Below are positions 25,980 through 34,424 of a DNA stretch of 64,000 bases, piece after piece. Both the position numbers and the translations under genes were made by a program. Below the pieces are notes generated by a model that searched no databases, was not told the DNA's origin, and worked only from the letters and a program-made list of their open reading frames with translations. The stretch spans positions 369,124 to 433,123 of the forward strand of contig OZ244816.1 of assembly GCA_965220255.1 (NCBI GenBank), read 5' to 3'. This DNA comes from Dehalococcoidia bacterium. Lineage in GTDB: Bacteria; Chloroflexota; Dehalococcoidia; Lucifugimonadales; VXLM01. Each line of letters begins with the position of its first letter. Within the stretch, counting starts at the first letter, position 1.

Positions 25980-26552
25980 CTATTCCGAGCCGCCTTCCTT
26001 CTGCTCGGCGATGGCCTTCAGGGCCGTGACAAGTCCGACCTGCTGGGAATTGAGAACGTATGCCAGGTTTCGCAAGGGCGCCTGGAGGGTTCCCACAAGA
26101 CCGGCGATCGGCGATTGGAGCTGACCGAGCACCTGCGCCACAAGGACTTCCTTGGGCGGGAGATTTGCGAGGTCGTCCACCTGCTCGGGCGTCAATGCCC
26201 TGCCGCTCAGGTATCCGCCGATGATGGTCATGGGGATCCTGGAGGACGACAGGTGCTCCGTGAGCACCTTGGCGGCCACGGCGGGATCATCGAATCCGAA
26301 GGCGATGCCGGTGGGTCCGGTGACGATCTCCTTCACCGCGGGAGCGCCCGCCTCGTCTGCGGCGATGTGTGCGAGGGTGTTCTTGACGACGCGCAGACGC
26401 ACGCCTCCTTCTCGCAGGACACGCCGGAGTTCGGTCATGTCGGCGACGGACAAGCCGTTGTTGTTCGTCGCGATGGCGACGGTCGACGTCTCGATCAACT
26501 CGCGGATCTGACGTACCTGATCTTCCTTCTCAGGAGTTGGCACTGCATTCAC
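25980..26552 (-). CDS. rplJ: 50S ribosomal protein L10
   Basis: 190 aa. Position between rplA and rplL. LRRVLREGGVRLRVVKNTLA motif. Confidence 0.9.
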   Translation of the reverse strand: MNAVPTPEKEDQVRQIRELIETSTVAIATNNNGLSVADMTELRRVLREGGVRLRVVKNTLAHIAADEAGAPAVKEIVTGPTGIAFGFDDPAVAAKVLTEHLSSSRIPMTIIGGYLSGRALTPEQVDDLANLPPKEVLVAQVLGQLQSPIAGLVGTLQAPLRNLAYVLNSQQVGLVTALKAIAEQKEGGSE

Positions 26553-26741
26553 CTTCCATTCTGTTCGTGCTTATTTCGGGGGTAGCAGAAAGAAAAATCC
26601 CCGAGCCGCAGACTCGGGGCAACAGGCGCCGGGACATGCCACTGCTCGGCGGCATCGGTCCCGATCGCTAGCAACCTCGGCGGGCCTCGTTGAGTTTACT
26701 CCGCCCTACGGCGGAACCCGCTGTCTACGGCAACAGCTATT
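26553..26741 (-). promoter_or_regulatory. Structured rplJ 5' leader (candidate L10(L12)4 autoregulatory leader)
   Basis: 189-nt non-coding gap between rplA and rplJ. It contains several GC hairpins, for example ccccgagccgcagactcgggg and ccgccctacggcgg. Assignment rests on position only. Confidence 0.35.
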
Positions 26742-27455
26742 CTATTGTACGGTCGTCGTCGTCAGGGCCGCAACGTCCAGCGGGATGCTCGGCCCCATGG
26801 TGCTCGTGAGATATGCGGCGATGATGAACTGGCCCTTGACGCCGCTCGGGCGCGCTCGGACGACGTTGTCGATCATCGTCACCAGGTTGTCGTGAATCTG
26901 GTTCTCTTCGAAGCTCGCCTTGCCGATTGCGAGGTGCATGAGCCCGGTGCGGTCGAGGCGGTACTCGACGCGGCCCTTCTTGGACTCTTCGATGACGCGG
27001 GGGAGATCGTCGGCCTGGACGACGGTGCCGGTCCTAGGGTTCGGCATGAGGCCGCGGCGACCGAGGTAACGTCCGAGACGTCCGATCTTGCCCATCATGT
27101 CAGGTGTGGCGATGGCGACGTCGAAGTCGACCCATCCACCCTCGACGCGCTGGATGAGGTCGTCGTTGCCGACGAAGTCCGCGCCCGCCTGCTCGGCGAT
27201 GGCGACGGCCTCACCGTCGGTGAATACGGTCACGCGAAGGGGCTTGCCGACGCCGTGAGGGAGCACGGTCACTCCACGGACGATCTGATCGGCATGGCGG
27301 GGATCGGCGCCGGTCCGAATGTGAAGCTCAATGGTCTCATCGAACTTGGCGGTCGCCGTCCTCTTGACCAGTCCCGCCGCTTCGGCGGGCGAGTAGAGCC
27401 TTCCCGGCTCGACGAGTTCCCTTGCGGTCGTGTATCGCTTGGTTGCTGTTGTCAC
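26742..27455 (-). CDS. rplA: 50S ribosomal protein L1
   Basis: 237 aa. FDETIELHIRTGADPRHADQIVRG...LPHG.GK. Confidence 0.95.
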   Translation of the reverse strand: MTTATKRYTTARELVEPGRLYSPAEAAGLVKRTATAKFDETIELHIRTGADPRHADQIVRGVTVLPHGVGKPLRVTVFTDGEAVAIAEQAGADFVGNDDLIQRVEGGWVDFDVAIATPDMMGKIGRLGRYLGRRGLMPNPRTGTVVQADDLPRVIEESKKGRVEYRLDRTGLMHLAIGKASFEENQIHDNLVTMIDNVVRARPSGVKGQFIIAAYLTSTMGPSIPLDVAALTTTTVQ

Positions 27456-27488
27456 GATTGCTTACCCTTAGCTCGACGTATGTCGCTC

Positions 27489-27914
27489 TTATCGCTGTAC
27501 CTGAATACCTATGCTGCGGGCGGTGCCCTCGATGATTCTCATCGCGCCCTCGATGTCGGCGGCGTTGAGGTCCTGCATCTTTGTCTGGGCGATCTCCCGG
27601 ACCTGGTCGGATGTTACCGTTCCGACCTTTTCCGCCAGGGGGTTGCCGCTGCCCTTCTCAATCCTGGCGGCCTGAAGGAGCAAGGACGCCGCGGGCGGAG
27701 ACTTCAGAATGAATGTGAACGACCTGTCCTCGAACACCGTCAACTCGACGGGTACGATGCTGCCCATCTGCTGGGCGGTGCGGGCGTTGTACTCCTTGAC
27801 GAACGCCATGATGTTCAGGCCGTGCTGACCCAGCGCCGGACCTACGGGCGGCGCCGGCGTGGCCTTGCCACCCTCGATTTGCAGCTTGATGACTGCCCTT
27901 ACCTTCTTAGCCAA
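27489..27914 (-). CDS. rplK: 50S ribosomal protein L11
   Basis: 141 aa. [35 protein letters not shown]. Confidence 0.95.
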   Translation of the reverse strand: MAKKVRAVIKLQIEGGKATPAPPVGPALGQHGLNIMAFVKEYNARTAQQMGSIVPVELTVFEDRSFTFILKSPPAASLLLQAARIEKGSGNPLAEKVGTVTSDQVREIAQTKMQDLNAADIEGAMRIIEGTARSIGIQVQR

Positions 27915-27971
27915 CTTGTTCTCCTAAGGTTCGGAATGTTTGTGTATTAAATTCGGCAGGCTCCGCGAGAT

Positions 27972-27996
27972 GGGCGACCACAAGGGTCGCCCCTAC
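27972..27996. repeat. Family-C-like GC hairpin gggcgaccacaagggtcgcccctac in the nusG-rplK spacer
   Basis: 8-bp stem GGGCGACC/GGTCGCCC. A related gagggcgaccacaagg occurs at 32917. Confidence 0.65.
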
Positions 27997-28034
27997 GTGG
28001 GGATGGGCGAACAGCTTGGAGAACGTCGCCATAT

Positions 28035-28595
28035 CTAGCCCTTTTCCACCTGGAGGAAGTCCAGCTCGACGGGTGTCTCGCGTCCGAAGAAGGAGACGAG
28101 CACCTTGAGCTTGGAACGCTCCGCATAGACCTCGTCGACGGAGCCCATGAAGTCCATGAACGGGCCGTCGACGATGCGGACCATCTGGCCCTTCTCGAAC
28201 CCCACACGCACGCGCGGCTCGGCCGACTTCATGTGGTTGAGGATCGCGTCGACCTCGCTCTGCTCCAGCGGGACGGGCTTCTGTCGCTGTTCCCGTTCGT
28301 CCTCGGCGGAGACGAACCCCGTTACGCCGGGGGTATTTCGCACGACGAACCAACTCTGGTCGTCCATCTCCATCTCTATGAGGATGTATCCGGGGAAGAC
28401 GCGGCGGGACACGGAGGTCCTTTTGCCTTCCTTGATCTCGATCTCGTCCTCCGTGGGTACGACGACCTGGAAGATCTTGTCGCCGACGTCCATGGACTCA
28501 ATCCGCAGGTTGAGGTTCTTCTGAACGCGTTCTTCCTGTCCGGAATAGGTATGGACGATGTACCAGCGTCGTTCGGCTTGTTCGGTGGAAGTCAT
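28035..28595 (-). CDS. nusG: Transcription termination/antitermination factor NusG
   Basis: 186 aa. RWYIVHTYSGQEERV...VFPGYILIEM...; C-terminal KOW GQMVRIVDGPF. Confidence 0.95.
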   Translation of the reverse strand: MTSTEQAERRWYIVHTYSGQEERVQKNLNLRIESMDVGDKIFQVVVPTEDEIEIKEGKRTSVSRRVFPGYILIEMEMDDQSWFVVRNTPGVTGFVSAEDEREQRQKPVPLEQSEVDAILNHMKSAEPRVRVGFEKGQMVRIVDGPFMDFMGSVDEVYAERSKLKVLVSFFGRETPVELDFLQVEKG

Positions 28596-28599
28596 GAGT

Positions 28600-28833
28600 T
28601 CACCCCAAGATCACGTCCATCAACCGTGCGAAGACCAGATCCACGGCGAAGAGGAACGCGCCGACGGCGGCCGCAACCGCGATGACCATAAGGGTTAGCC
28701 GCATGGTCTCTTCGCGGGTGGGCCAGGTAACGCGCTGCAGCTCGCGGTATGCTTCGGAGATGAAGCGCAGGCTGAATCCTCGCCGTGCCTGTCCTGCGGC
28801 GGTGCGTCCCCCGGTTAGCGGGTCGCGTACCAT
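28600..28833 (-). CDS. secE: Preprotein translocase subunit SecE
   Basis: 77 aa. YRELQRVTWPTREET followed by a single TM helix. Located between rpmG and nusG. Confidence 0.8.
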   Translation of the reverse strand: MVRDPLTGGRTAAGQARRGFSLRFISEAYRELQRVTWPTREETMRLTLMVIAVAAAVGAFLFAVDLVFARLMDVILG

Positions 28834-28836
28834 CGA

Positions 28837-29004
28837 TTACCTCACTTCCCGGTGGGGTGTGTGCGTTCGGCAACGCGGACAGTACTTCTTAAGCTCCAGC
28901 CGGTCCGGGTCGTTGCGCCGGTTCTTGCTTGAATGGTATGTCCGCTCGCGACACTCGGTGCAAGCCAAGTTTACCAGGATACGGACATCTCCTCTGCGGG
29001 GCAT
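28837..29004 (-). CDS. rpmG: 50S ribosomal protein L33 (not in the ORF track because it is under 60 aa)
   Basis: My minus-strand translation gives [55 protein letters not shown]. It has the CxxC...CxxC zinc-ribbon form. The stop lies 3 nt before the secE ATG. Confidence 0.9.
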   Translation of the reverse strand: MPRRGDVRILVNLACTECRERTYHSSKNRRNDPDRLELKKYCPRCRTHTPHREVR

Positions 29005-29012
29005 AGTTTCCT

Positions 29013-29051
29013 CGTCAAAACGAATTGAAGGGACGCCTCGGGCGTCCCTTC
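29013..29051 (-). terminator. Rho-independent-like terminator downstream of tuf
   Basis: 11-bp GC-rich stem gaagggacgcc/ggcgtcccttc (29027-29051) with a 3-nt loop. On the minus strand it is followed by AATTCGTTTTG. Confidence 0.55.
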
Positions 29052-29071
29052 ACCAGTATGTCGTTCGGTTG

Positions 29072-30271
29072 TTAGTTTGTAACCGCCGTGAATACGCCGG
29101 AGCCGACGGTGCGGCCACCCTCTCGGACGGCGAATCGGAGCTGGTCGGTCATAGCCACCGGGGTGGTGAGCTTGATGTCCATCTCGATGTTGTCGCCCGG
29201 CATGACCATTTCGACGCCGTCCGGCAGCTTGATCTCACCCGTCACGTCGGTCGTGCGGATGTAGAACTGCGGCTTGTACCCGCTAAAGAACGGGGTATGG
29301 CGGCCGCCCTCTTCCTTGGTGAGGACGTAGACCTGCGCGCTTGCATCGGAATGCGGGGTTACGCTGCCGGGAGCGGCGAGAACCTGGCCACGCTCGATCT
29401 CGTCGCGGTCGACGCCTCGAAGTAGGAGGCCGACGGCATCGCCGGGCTCGGCCTCGTCAAGCATCTTGTGGAACATCTCGACGCCGGTAACGACGGTCTG
29501 GCTGGTTTCCTTGATTCCAACAACGTCGACGGTATCGCCGACCTTGATGATGCCCTGCTCGACACGACCGGTGACCACGGTGCCTCGGCCTTTGATGCTG
29601 AATACGTCCTCGACGGGCATGAGGAAGGGCTGATCCTTGGGGCGCTCAGGAACGGGGATGTAGCTGTCAACGGCGTCCATGAGTTCCCAGATGCCCTTGC
29701 CCCACTCGGAGTCTCGCGACGTGTCGTCGGATTCGAGGGCGTTGAGGGCGCTGACGCGAACGATCGGCACGTCGTCACCCGGGAAGCCGTACTCGGTCAG
29801 AAGCTCGCGCATCTCCAACTCGACGAGCTCGAGGAGTTCCTCGTCGTCAAGCATGTCGACCTTGTTGAGGGCGACTACGATGGCGGGAACCTCGACCTGT
29901 CGGGCGAGGAGGATGTGCTCTCGCGTCTGCGGCATGGGGCCGTCAGGGGCGCTGACCACAAGGATGGCGCCGTCCATCTGGGCTGCGCCGGTAATCATAT
30001 TCTTGATGTAGTCGGCGTGTCCGGGGCAGTCGACGTGAGCGTAGTGGCGCCCTTCAGTCGCATACTCAACGTGCGTGATCGCGATGGTCACGCCGCGTTC
30101 CTTCTCTTCCGGGGCGTTATCGATGCTGTCGAATTCCCTGAAGTCCGCGAGCCCGGTGTTCGCCAGGGTCTTTGTGATCGCCGCGGTCAGCGTTGTCTTG
30201 CCGTGGTCGACGTGACCGATGGTCCCTACATTCAAATGCGGCTTGTCTCGTACGAATCGCTCCTTCGCCAT
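29072..30271 (-). CDS. tuf: Elongation factor Tu
   Basis: 399 aa. [27 protein letters not shown]. Confidence 0.97.
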   Translation of the reverse strand: MAKERFVRDKPHLNVGTIGHVDHGKTTLTAAITKTLANTGLADFREFDSIDNAPEEKERGVTIAITHVEYATEGRHYAHVDCPGHADYIKNMITGAAQMDGAILVVSAPDGPMPQTREHILLARQVEVPAIVVALNKVDMLDDEELLELVELEMRELLTEYGFPGDDVPIVRVSALNALESDDTSRDSEWGKGIWELMDAVDSYIPVPERPKDQPFLMPVEDVFSIKGRGTVVTGRVEQGIIKVGDTVDVVGIKETSQTVVTGVEMFHKMLDEAEPGDAVGLLLRGVDRDEIERGQVLAAPGSVTPHSDASAQVYVLTKEEGGRHTPFFSGYKPQFYIRTTDVTGEIKLPDGVEMVMPGDNIEMDIKLTTPVAMTDQLRFAVREGGRTVGSGVFTAVTN

Positions 30272-30328
30272 TTCCTAGTCTCTCCTCCTCTAGAACTCTT
30301 TGTTGTTTGAGTTGCCTATGTAGTTTAG

Positions 30329-30404
30329 TGGAGCCCTCAAGCAGACTCGAACTGCTGACCTCGTTCTTACCAAGAACGCGCTCTGCCTCCTGAGCTATGA
30401 GGGC
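30329..30404 (-). tRNA. tRNA-Thr (anticodon GGT), CCA encoded
   Basis: The reverse complement folds by hand as a cloverleaf: acceptor GCCCTCA/TGAGGGC, D stem GCTC/GAGC, anticodon stem CGTTC/GAACG with loop TTGGTAA, T arm AGCAG-TTCGAGT-CTGCT. Confidence 0.85.
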
Positions 30405-30440
30405 ACGCACCTTCCTTTCGGAACGGGCCTGACGGCGCTT

Positions 30441-30527
30441 TGGTGCAGGGAGTAGGATTCGAACCTACGTAGCCCTTAGGGCGCCAGATTTACAGTCTGG
30501 TGGATTTAACCACTCTCCCATCCCTGC
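30441..30527 (-). tRNA. tRNA-Tyr (anticodon GTA), class II with long variable arm, CCA encoded
   Basis: Acceptor GCAGGGA/TCCCTGC, anticodon stem CCAGA/TCTGG with loop CTGTAAA, variable stem GCCC/GGGC, T arm GTAGG-TTCGAAT-CCTAC, discriminator A. Confidence 0.85.
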
Positions 30528-30618
30528 ACGTAGCCGACAGCCGATTATTTTAGCACAAGCGGCATTTCCAATCCAAGACGCGCCTACTCGAAGCGTCGTC
30601 CCGGTTGGGTTAGGTGAA

Positions 30619-30692
30619 AGCCCCAGGGGGGACTCGAACCCTCCAACCTGCCGATTACAAATCGGCTGCGCTGCCGATTGCGCCACTGGGGC
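30619..30692 (-). tRNA. tRNA-Thr (anticodon TGT), CCA not encoded
   Basis: Acceptor GCCCCAG/CTGGGGC, D stem GCGC/GCGC, anticodon stem GCCGA/TCGGC with loop TTTGTAA, T loop TTCGAGT. My hand fold has one A.C mismatch in the T stem and a 6-nt variable loop. Confidence 0.8.
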
Positions 30693-30710
30693 CCGGCGGA
30701 TTGTTTCAAC

Positions 30711-30736
30711 AAAAAGGGCTAGCGCCGAACTAGCCC
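30711..30736 (-). terminator. Hairpin plus T-run downstream of speB (terminator-like)
   Basis: On the minus strand: GGGCTAG-TTCGGCG-CTAGCCC followed by TTTTTG. It lies 80 nt after the speB stop and 19 nt before tRNA-Thr(TGT). Confidence 0.45.
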
Positions 30737-30743
30737 AATTTGT

Positions 30744-30772
30744 ATTGTAGTCAACTATAGGAGTGCGGTCAA
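30744..30772 (-). promoter_or_regulatory. Candidate sigma70-type promoter (minus strand) upstream of the tRNA-tuf cluster
   Basis: -35 TTGACC (reverse complement of 30767-30772), exact 17-nt spacer, -10 TACAAT (reverse complement of 30744-30749). Confidence 0.35.
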
Positions 30773-30815
30773 CAGTTTTTGACCTCACTGTATGTGCGTT
30801 TGGAGGCTGTTTCCT

Positions 30816-31721
30816 TCACCTGGTCTGCCGTTCTCGCATAGTTGCGTAGCCGATGAGCTTGTAGAAGAGTTTTGCGGCGGTGAAGGCGCAAGCCTCGGGG
30901 CCTTCGGTCGGGCTTAGCTCGACCACATCAAACCCGACGATATGCCGGTTTTCGCCGATCAGTCTGAGCAGTCTCGTAGCTTCGTGCCACGACATTCCGC
31001 CGGGTTCGGGCGTGCCGACGGCGGACATGATGGCAGGGTCGAGGACGTCGAGGTCGACGCTGACGTACACGTCCCTGCCCAACCGTTCGATTACGTTCGC
31101 GCCGAGTTCATCGATGCCGTCGGCTGACGGCCACGTGAAGACGGGGATGCCGTTCTCGTCAATGAACGTCGCCTCCTGTCGGCTCATGCTGCGAACACCG
31201 ACTTGTACTATCTGTGCTCGTTCGGACAGGCGGCGGGCCACGCAGGCGTGGCTCCATCGACTCCCCATGTATTCGTCGCGCAGGTCAGCGTGGGCATCGA
31301 GATAGAGGACTGTCAGGTCTGGGTGTCTTTCAAGTGCGGCAGATACTCCTCCGAGGGTGATGGTGTGCTCGCCGCCTAGGAGTGCAACCAGCTTGTCTTG
31401 TGACGTAAAGTGGCTTGCCACCCGGCGGACGCGCTCGATCATCTCCTCCGGGCCACCGGTATGCGGCTCAACTTCCTGTGTGGTGTAGATGCCGACGGTC
31501 GAGATATCCCGCTGCAGTTCGATGTCCCACTCCTCAAGCTGCTTGGAGGCGGTGATTGCCGCACGGGGCCCGTGTCGCGCACCGGACTTGAAGGACGTTG
31601 TGCTGTCGTAGGGAACGGGTATTGCGACGACGCTTGCGGCGTCAAGAGTCAATGACGGTGGGATATCCAGAAAGGTCTCCCACGTGCGGGGAACGTCCTC
31701 TGGCCAGTCGGAGCTAGGCAT
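30816..31721 (-). CDS. speB: Agmatinase (arginase/ureohydrolase family)
   Basis: 301 aa. Mn-ligand motifs [32 protein letters not shown]. Confidence 0.85.
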   Translation of the reverse strand: MPSSDWPEDVPRTWETFLDIPPSLTLDAASVVAIPVPYDSTTSFKSGARHGPRAAITASKQLEEWDIELQRDISTVGIYTTQEVEPHTGGPEEMIERVRRVASHFTSQDKLVALLGGEHTITLGGVSAALERHPDLTVLYLDAHADLRDEYMGSRWSHACVARRLSERAQIVQVGVRSMSRQEATFIDENGIPVFTWPSADGIDELGANVIERLGRDVYVSVDLDVLDPAIMSAVGTPEPGGMSWHEATRLLRLIGENRHIVGFDVVELSPTEGPEACAFTAAKLFYKLIGYATMRERQTR

Positions 31722-32211
31722 CGTCGCCGGCGGGGGCGGTCACGAGATGGAAACGTTCACGGACCATGCCGGCGTAGGCCTCTCGCGGTGTCGCGTGATC
31801 GAAGGCGCGTTCCATCGTCCATGTCTTGATCTCTCCCTCGACGCCGAAGGTGGTCTTCACATCATCGAGCGAAGCGGAGACGTCGAAGTCGTTGCAGGAG
31901 AAGATGTCGATATTGACGTAGCCCTTGTCGGGGAAGGTGTGGACGCTGATGTGGCTCTCGGCGATTATGACGAAACCCGAGACTCCCCAGTCTCGCGGCA
32001 CCTTGCCGGTATAGGCATAGACCTGCGGTGGGGCGACCTTGGTCATGCCGATGATGTCCGGATACTCGTCTAGGAATTGAAAGACGAGTCCCTCGTCGCT
32101 GAGCTTGGCGGGATCGGCCCCGTAGCCGTCGATGGCGAGATGCAAGGTGGCCTCGTATGTGATCGCGGAAGAATCAAGGCCTAGAATATCACCGTCCCAT
32201 TGTCGGGACAA
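31714..32211 (-). CDS. speH: S-adenosylmethionine decarboxylase proenzyme (pyruvoyl, SpeH/class 1 type)
   Basis: 165 aa. Self-cleavage context [25 protein letters not shown]. The 3' end overlaps speB by 8 nt. Confidence 0.8.
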   Translation of the reverse strand: MSRQWDGDILGLDSSAITYEATLHLAIDGYGADPAKLSDEGLVFQFLDEYPDIIGMTKVAPPQVYAYTGKVPRDWGVSGFVIIAESHISVHTFPDKGYVNIDIFSCNDFDVSASLDDVKTTFGVEGEIKTWTMERAFDHATPREAYAGMVRERFHLVTAPAGDDA

Positions 32212-32272
32212 TGCGAGGGGAGGGAGTGCCCCGAACTCGCGGGAGGCTTGCGCGAGTCCGGGGCTGAGGGGT

Positions 32273-32713
32273 TTAGTCCTTCACGTTGATGGTGAGGCTC
32301 TTGGCCTTCTTGGACTCCTGCTTGGGGAAAGAGATGCTGAGCACGCCATTCTCGTAGGTCGACTCGGCCCGCTCAGTGTCGACCGTATCGGGAAGGCGCA
32401 CGGAGCGCTGGAAGGCGCCGGCCCTACGCTCGCGCAGGTAGTAGCGCTCGTCCTTCTGTTCCGTCTCCTCTGTGGTCTGTCCCTTGATGGTGAGGACGCC
32501 GTCCTCCACGGTGGCATTGATCCGGGAGGGATCGACGCCGGGCAGGGAAGCATCAATCGTGATGCTGTCGCCCTCCTGCCGCACGTCGATGGGTACCGCC
32601 CACGCCGACGTTCGAGTGGGGCTGTCGGAGCCGGAGTAGTTCCTCCAAAACCTGTTCATCACGTTGTCCATTCGCCGAAACTCCGCGACTGGATGCAATC
32701 TCTGTAGTACCAT
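32273..32713 (-). CDS. Small heat-shock protein (Hsp20/alpha-crystallin family)
   Basis: 146 aa. [22 protein letters not shown]...F.RS.RLP..V....A.YENGVL.I..PK. Confidence 0.9.
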   Translation of the reverse strand: MVLQRLHPVAEFRRMDNVMNRFWRNYSGSDSPTRTSAWAVPIDVRQEGDSITIDASLPGVDPSRINATVEDGVLTIKGQTTEETEQKDERYYLRERRAGAFQRSVRLPDTVDTERAESTYENGVLSISFPKQESKKAKSLTINVKD

Positions 32714-32776
32714 TGCCTACACCTCTCAATTTGGATTGTGATTCATGCTTGGTAGTCCCGAATCACTGCACGGTCT

Positions 32777-32806
32777 AGTATAATCATATTCATGTTTCTA
32801 TGTCAA
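32777..32806 (-). promoter_or_regulatory. Candidate sigma70-type promoter of hsp20
   Basis: Minus strand: -35 TTGACA (reverse complement of 32801-32806), 18-nt spacer, -10 TATACT (reverse complement of 32777-32782). It lies in an AT-rich island about 65 nt upstream of the start codon. Confidence 0.45.
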
Positions 32807-32916
32807 TAGACTTACAGTATTTACTACAATTACAGTTGAGCAACACCTATACATGTAGTAGTATTGCTGAAAGAGGTTGAGTCGAAGCCCTGCAGAGAAT
32901 TTCGCGCAACTCGGCC

Positions 32917-32946
32917 GAGGGCGACCACAAGGAGCCTGTCTCATAA
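32917..32946 (-). repeat. Family-E repeat (reverse complement: ttatgagacaggctccttgtggtcgccctc)
   Basis: Shares the 16-nt core ttatgagacaNNctcc with the forward copy at 33088-33117. Together they bracket about 200 bp. Confidence 0.6.
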
Positions 32947-33033
32947 CTCGGCAACATACATTTCTCTAACAAAAGGTGCTACGCTTATCGTCGTTGTAGG
33001 TATCATTCGCAACGAAACATAACCGCCCATATC

Positions 33034-33057
33034 GTCATTCCCGCGAAAGCGGGAATC
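33034..33057. repeat. Family-A hairpin gtcattcccgcgaaagcgggaatc
   Basis: Identical to the two copies at 23863 and 23923. 8-bp stem ATTCCCGC/GCGGGAAT with a GAAA tetraloop. Confidence 0.85.
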
Positions 33058-33087
33058 CACAACATCCTGATTAGAGAGGTAGTCTAC

Positions 33088-33117
33088 TTATGAGACAACC
33101 TCCAAGGGTAGCCTCTG
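33088..33117 (+). repeat. Family-E repeat ttatgagacaacctccaagggtagcctctg
   Basis: Inverted partner of 32917-32946. Confidence 0.6.
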
Positions 33118-33182
33118 CGAAAGCTCTAGTGACGAGAGGCTATAGAGGCGGGTTCGAGTAGGCCGACCGGAACTTAAAGGTA

Positions 33183-34073
33183 ATGACCACACGGAAATCA
33201 AAGAGCTACTACGATGTCTTGGGCGTACACAAGAGCGCCACTGACAAGGATATTCGCCAGGCGTTTCGGAGGCTTGCGCGCAAATACCATCCCGACTTGA
33301 ATCCGGACGACAAGCAGGCTGAGGCCAAGTTCAAGGAGATCAACGAGGCGAACGAGGTGTTGTCCGACGCGGAGAGTCGAAAGAAGTACGACAAGTACGG
33401 GGACGACTGGAGGAGGGCGGAGGAGTTCGAGTCGCGACACACCGGTCCGGGCGCAGGCAGGACGCATACGTGGACGGGCTACGACGGGTTTGAGTCCGAC
33501 GACCTGTTCGGCGGCTTCGAGGACCTCTTTCGGAAATCGCAGCGCAGCCGGAGGGAATCGACGCCGCGTCCTCAGCGCCTGGAGCTCGACATCGAGGTGA
33601 CCCTGGAGGAGGCGTACCTTGGGTCGAAGAGGACGGTGACGATCACTCAGAGCGGGAGGGAGCGCCGGATAGAGGTCGACATTCCTCCGGGAGTGGATAC
33701 CGGTTCGGTGGTGAAGGTGAGACCGGCGGAGAACCAGGACCTCCGACTGAAGATGGTCGTGGAGCCTCACCCCTATTTCCAGAGACTGGGCGACGATCTG
33801 TACTTGGACGTTCCGGTGCCGCTCGACGATGCGGCCCTGGGCGCGGAGGCCGAGATTTCCACCATTACCGGGAAGGTCCAACTGAAGGTACCCGCCGGGA
33901 GCCGAAACGGTCAGAGAATTCGTCTCAAGGGCAAGGGAATGCCGAAGCTTGGATCGCCTGATTCCAAGGGAGATCTGTTCGTGGTGGTCCGGCCGACGAT
34001 GCCCGAACCAATGCGTAACGAAGAGCGGGAGATCTTTGAGCGACTGCGGGCTCTACGTATGGGAAAGGGGTAG
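33183..34073 (+). CDS. cbpA: DnaJ-class co-chaperone without zinc-finger domain (CbpA-like)
   Basis: 296 aa. J domain YYDVLGV...KYHPDLNP with HPD. G/F-like linker and C-terminal substrate-binding domains. No CxxCxGxG repeats. Confidence 0.8.
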   Translation: MTTRKSKSYYDVLGVHKSATDKDIRQAFRRLARKYHPDLNPDDKQAEAKFKEINEANEVLSDAESRKKYDKYGDDWRRAEEFESRHTGPGAGRTHTWTGYDGFESDDLFGGFEDLFRKSQRSRRESTPRPQRLELDIEVTLEEAYLGSKRTVTITQSGRERRIEVDIPPGVDTGSVVKVRPAENQDLRLKMVVEPHPYFQRLGDDLYLDVPVPLDDAALGAEAEISTITGKVQLKVPAGSRNGQRIRLKGKGMPKLGSPDSKGDLFVVVRPTMPEPMRNEEREIFERLRALRMGKG

Positions 34074-34076
34074 TCG

Positions 34077-34424
34077 ATGACCATTGAAGACATGGTCGGA
34101 TACGACGAGCCGTGTTTCGTCATCAGCGTGGCGGCGCGCATCGTGGGGGTCAGGACGCAGACCCTTCGCTACTACGAGCGCATCGGCCTCGTGCAGCCCC
34201 GGCGCACATCGGGCAATCAGCGGATGTACTCGCGGCGCGAGGTGGAGCGAGTGCAACGGATACGCGGACTCATCGACGACCTGGGTGTTAACCTCGCTGG
34301 AGTCGAGGTGGTCATCAAGCTGCTCGACCGGCTTGAGCAGGCCGAGGAAGAGAAGGACGAACTGCGCGGGATGATACGGGTGCTTGAGCAGCGTCTGCGG
34401 GCGGCGACGCGGCAAATAGTCTAG
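34077..34424 (+). CDS. hspR: MerR-family heat-shock regulator (HspR/CbpM-like)
   Basis: 115 aa. Helix-turn-helix FVISVAARIVGVRTQTLRYYERIGLVQPRRTSGNQRMYSRREVERVQRI. Starts 3 nt after the dnaJ-like gene. Confidence 0.75.
   Translation: MTIEDMVGYDEPCFVISVAARIVGVRTQTLRYYERIGLVQPRRTSGNQRMYSRREVERVQRIRGLIDDLGVNLAGVEVVIKLLDRLEQAEEEKDELRGMIRVLEQRLRAATRQIV

Noticed and set aside
25512-27950. 357-aa and 401-aa plus-strand ORFs (25512-26585, 26745-27950)
   Set aside because: Antisense to rplL/rplJ and to rplA/rplK respectively. The ribosomal protein identities on the minus strand are unambiguous.
27907-28353. 148-aa minus-strand ORF overlapping the 3' half of nusG and the nusG-rplK spacer
   Set aside because: It is out of frame with nusG, R/G/P-rich, and includes the translated GC hairpin repeat (GATLVVAHL).
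33058-33182. A HAIR (CTTGAGT-N7-ACTCAAG) operator directly upstream of cbpA-hspR
   Set aside because: I found no convincing match by eye in the 125 nt upstream of the start codon. Only unrelated partial symmetries such as ctctagtg...ctatagag occur.
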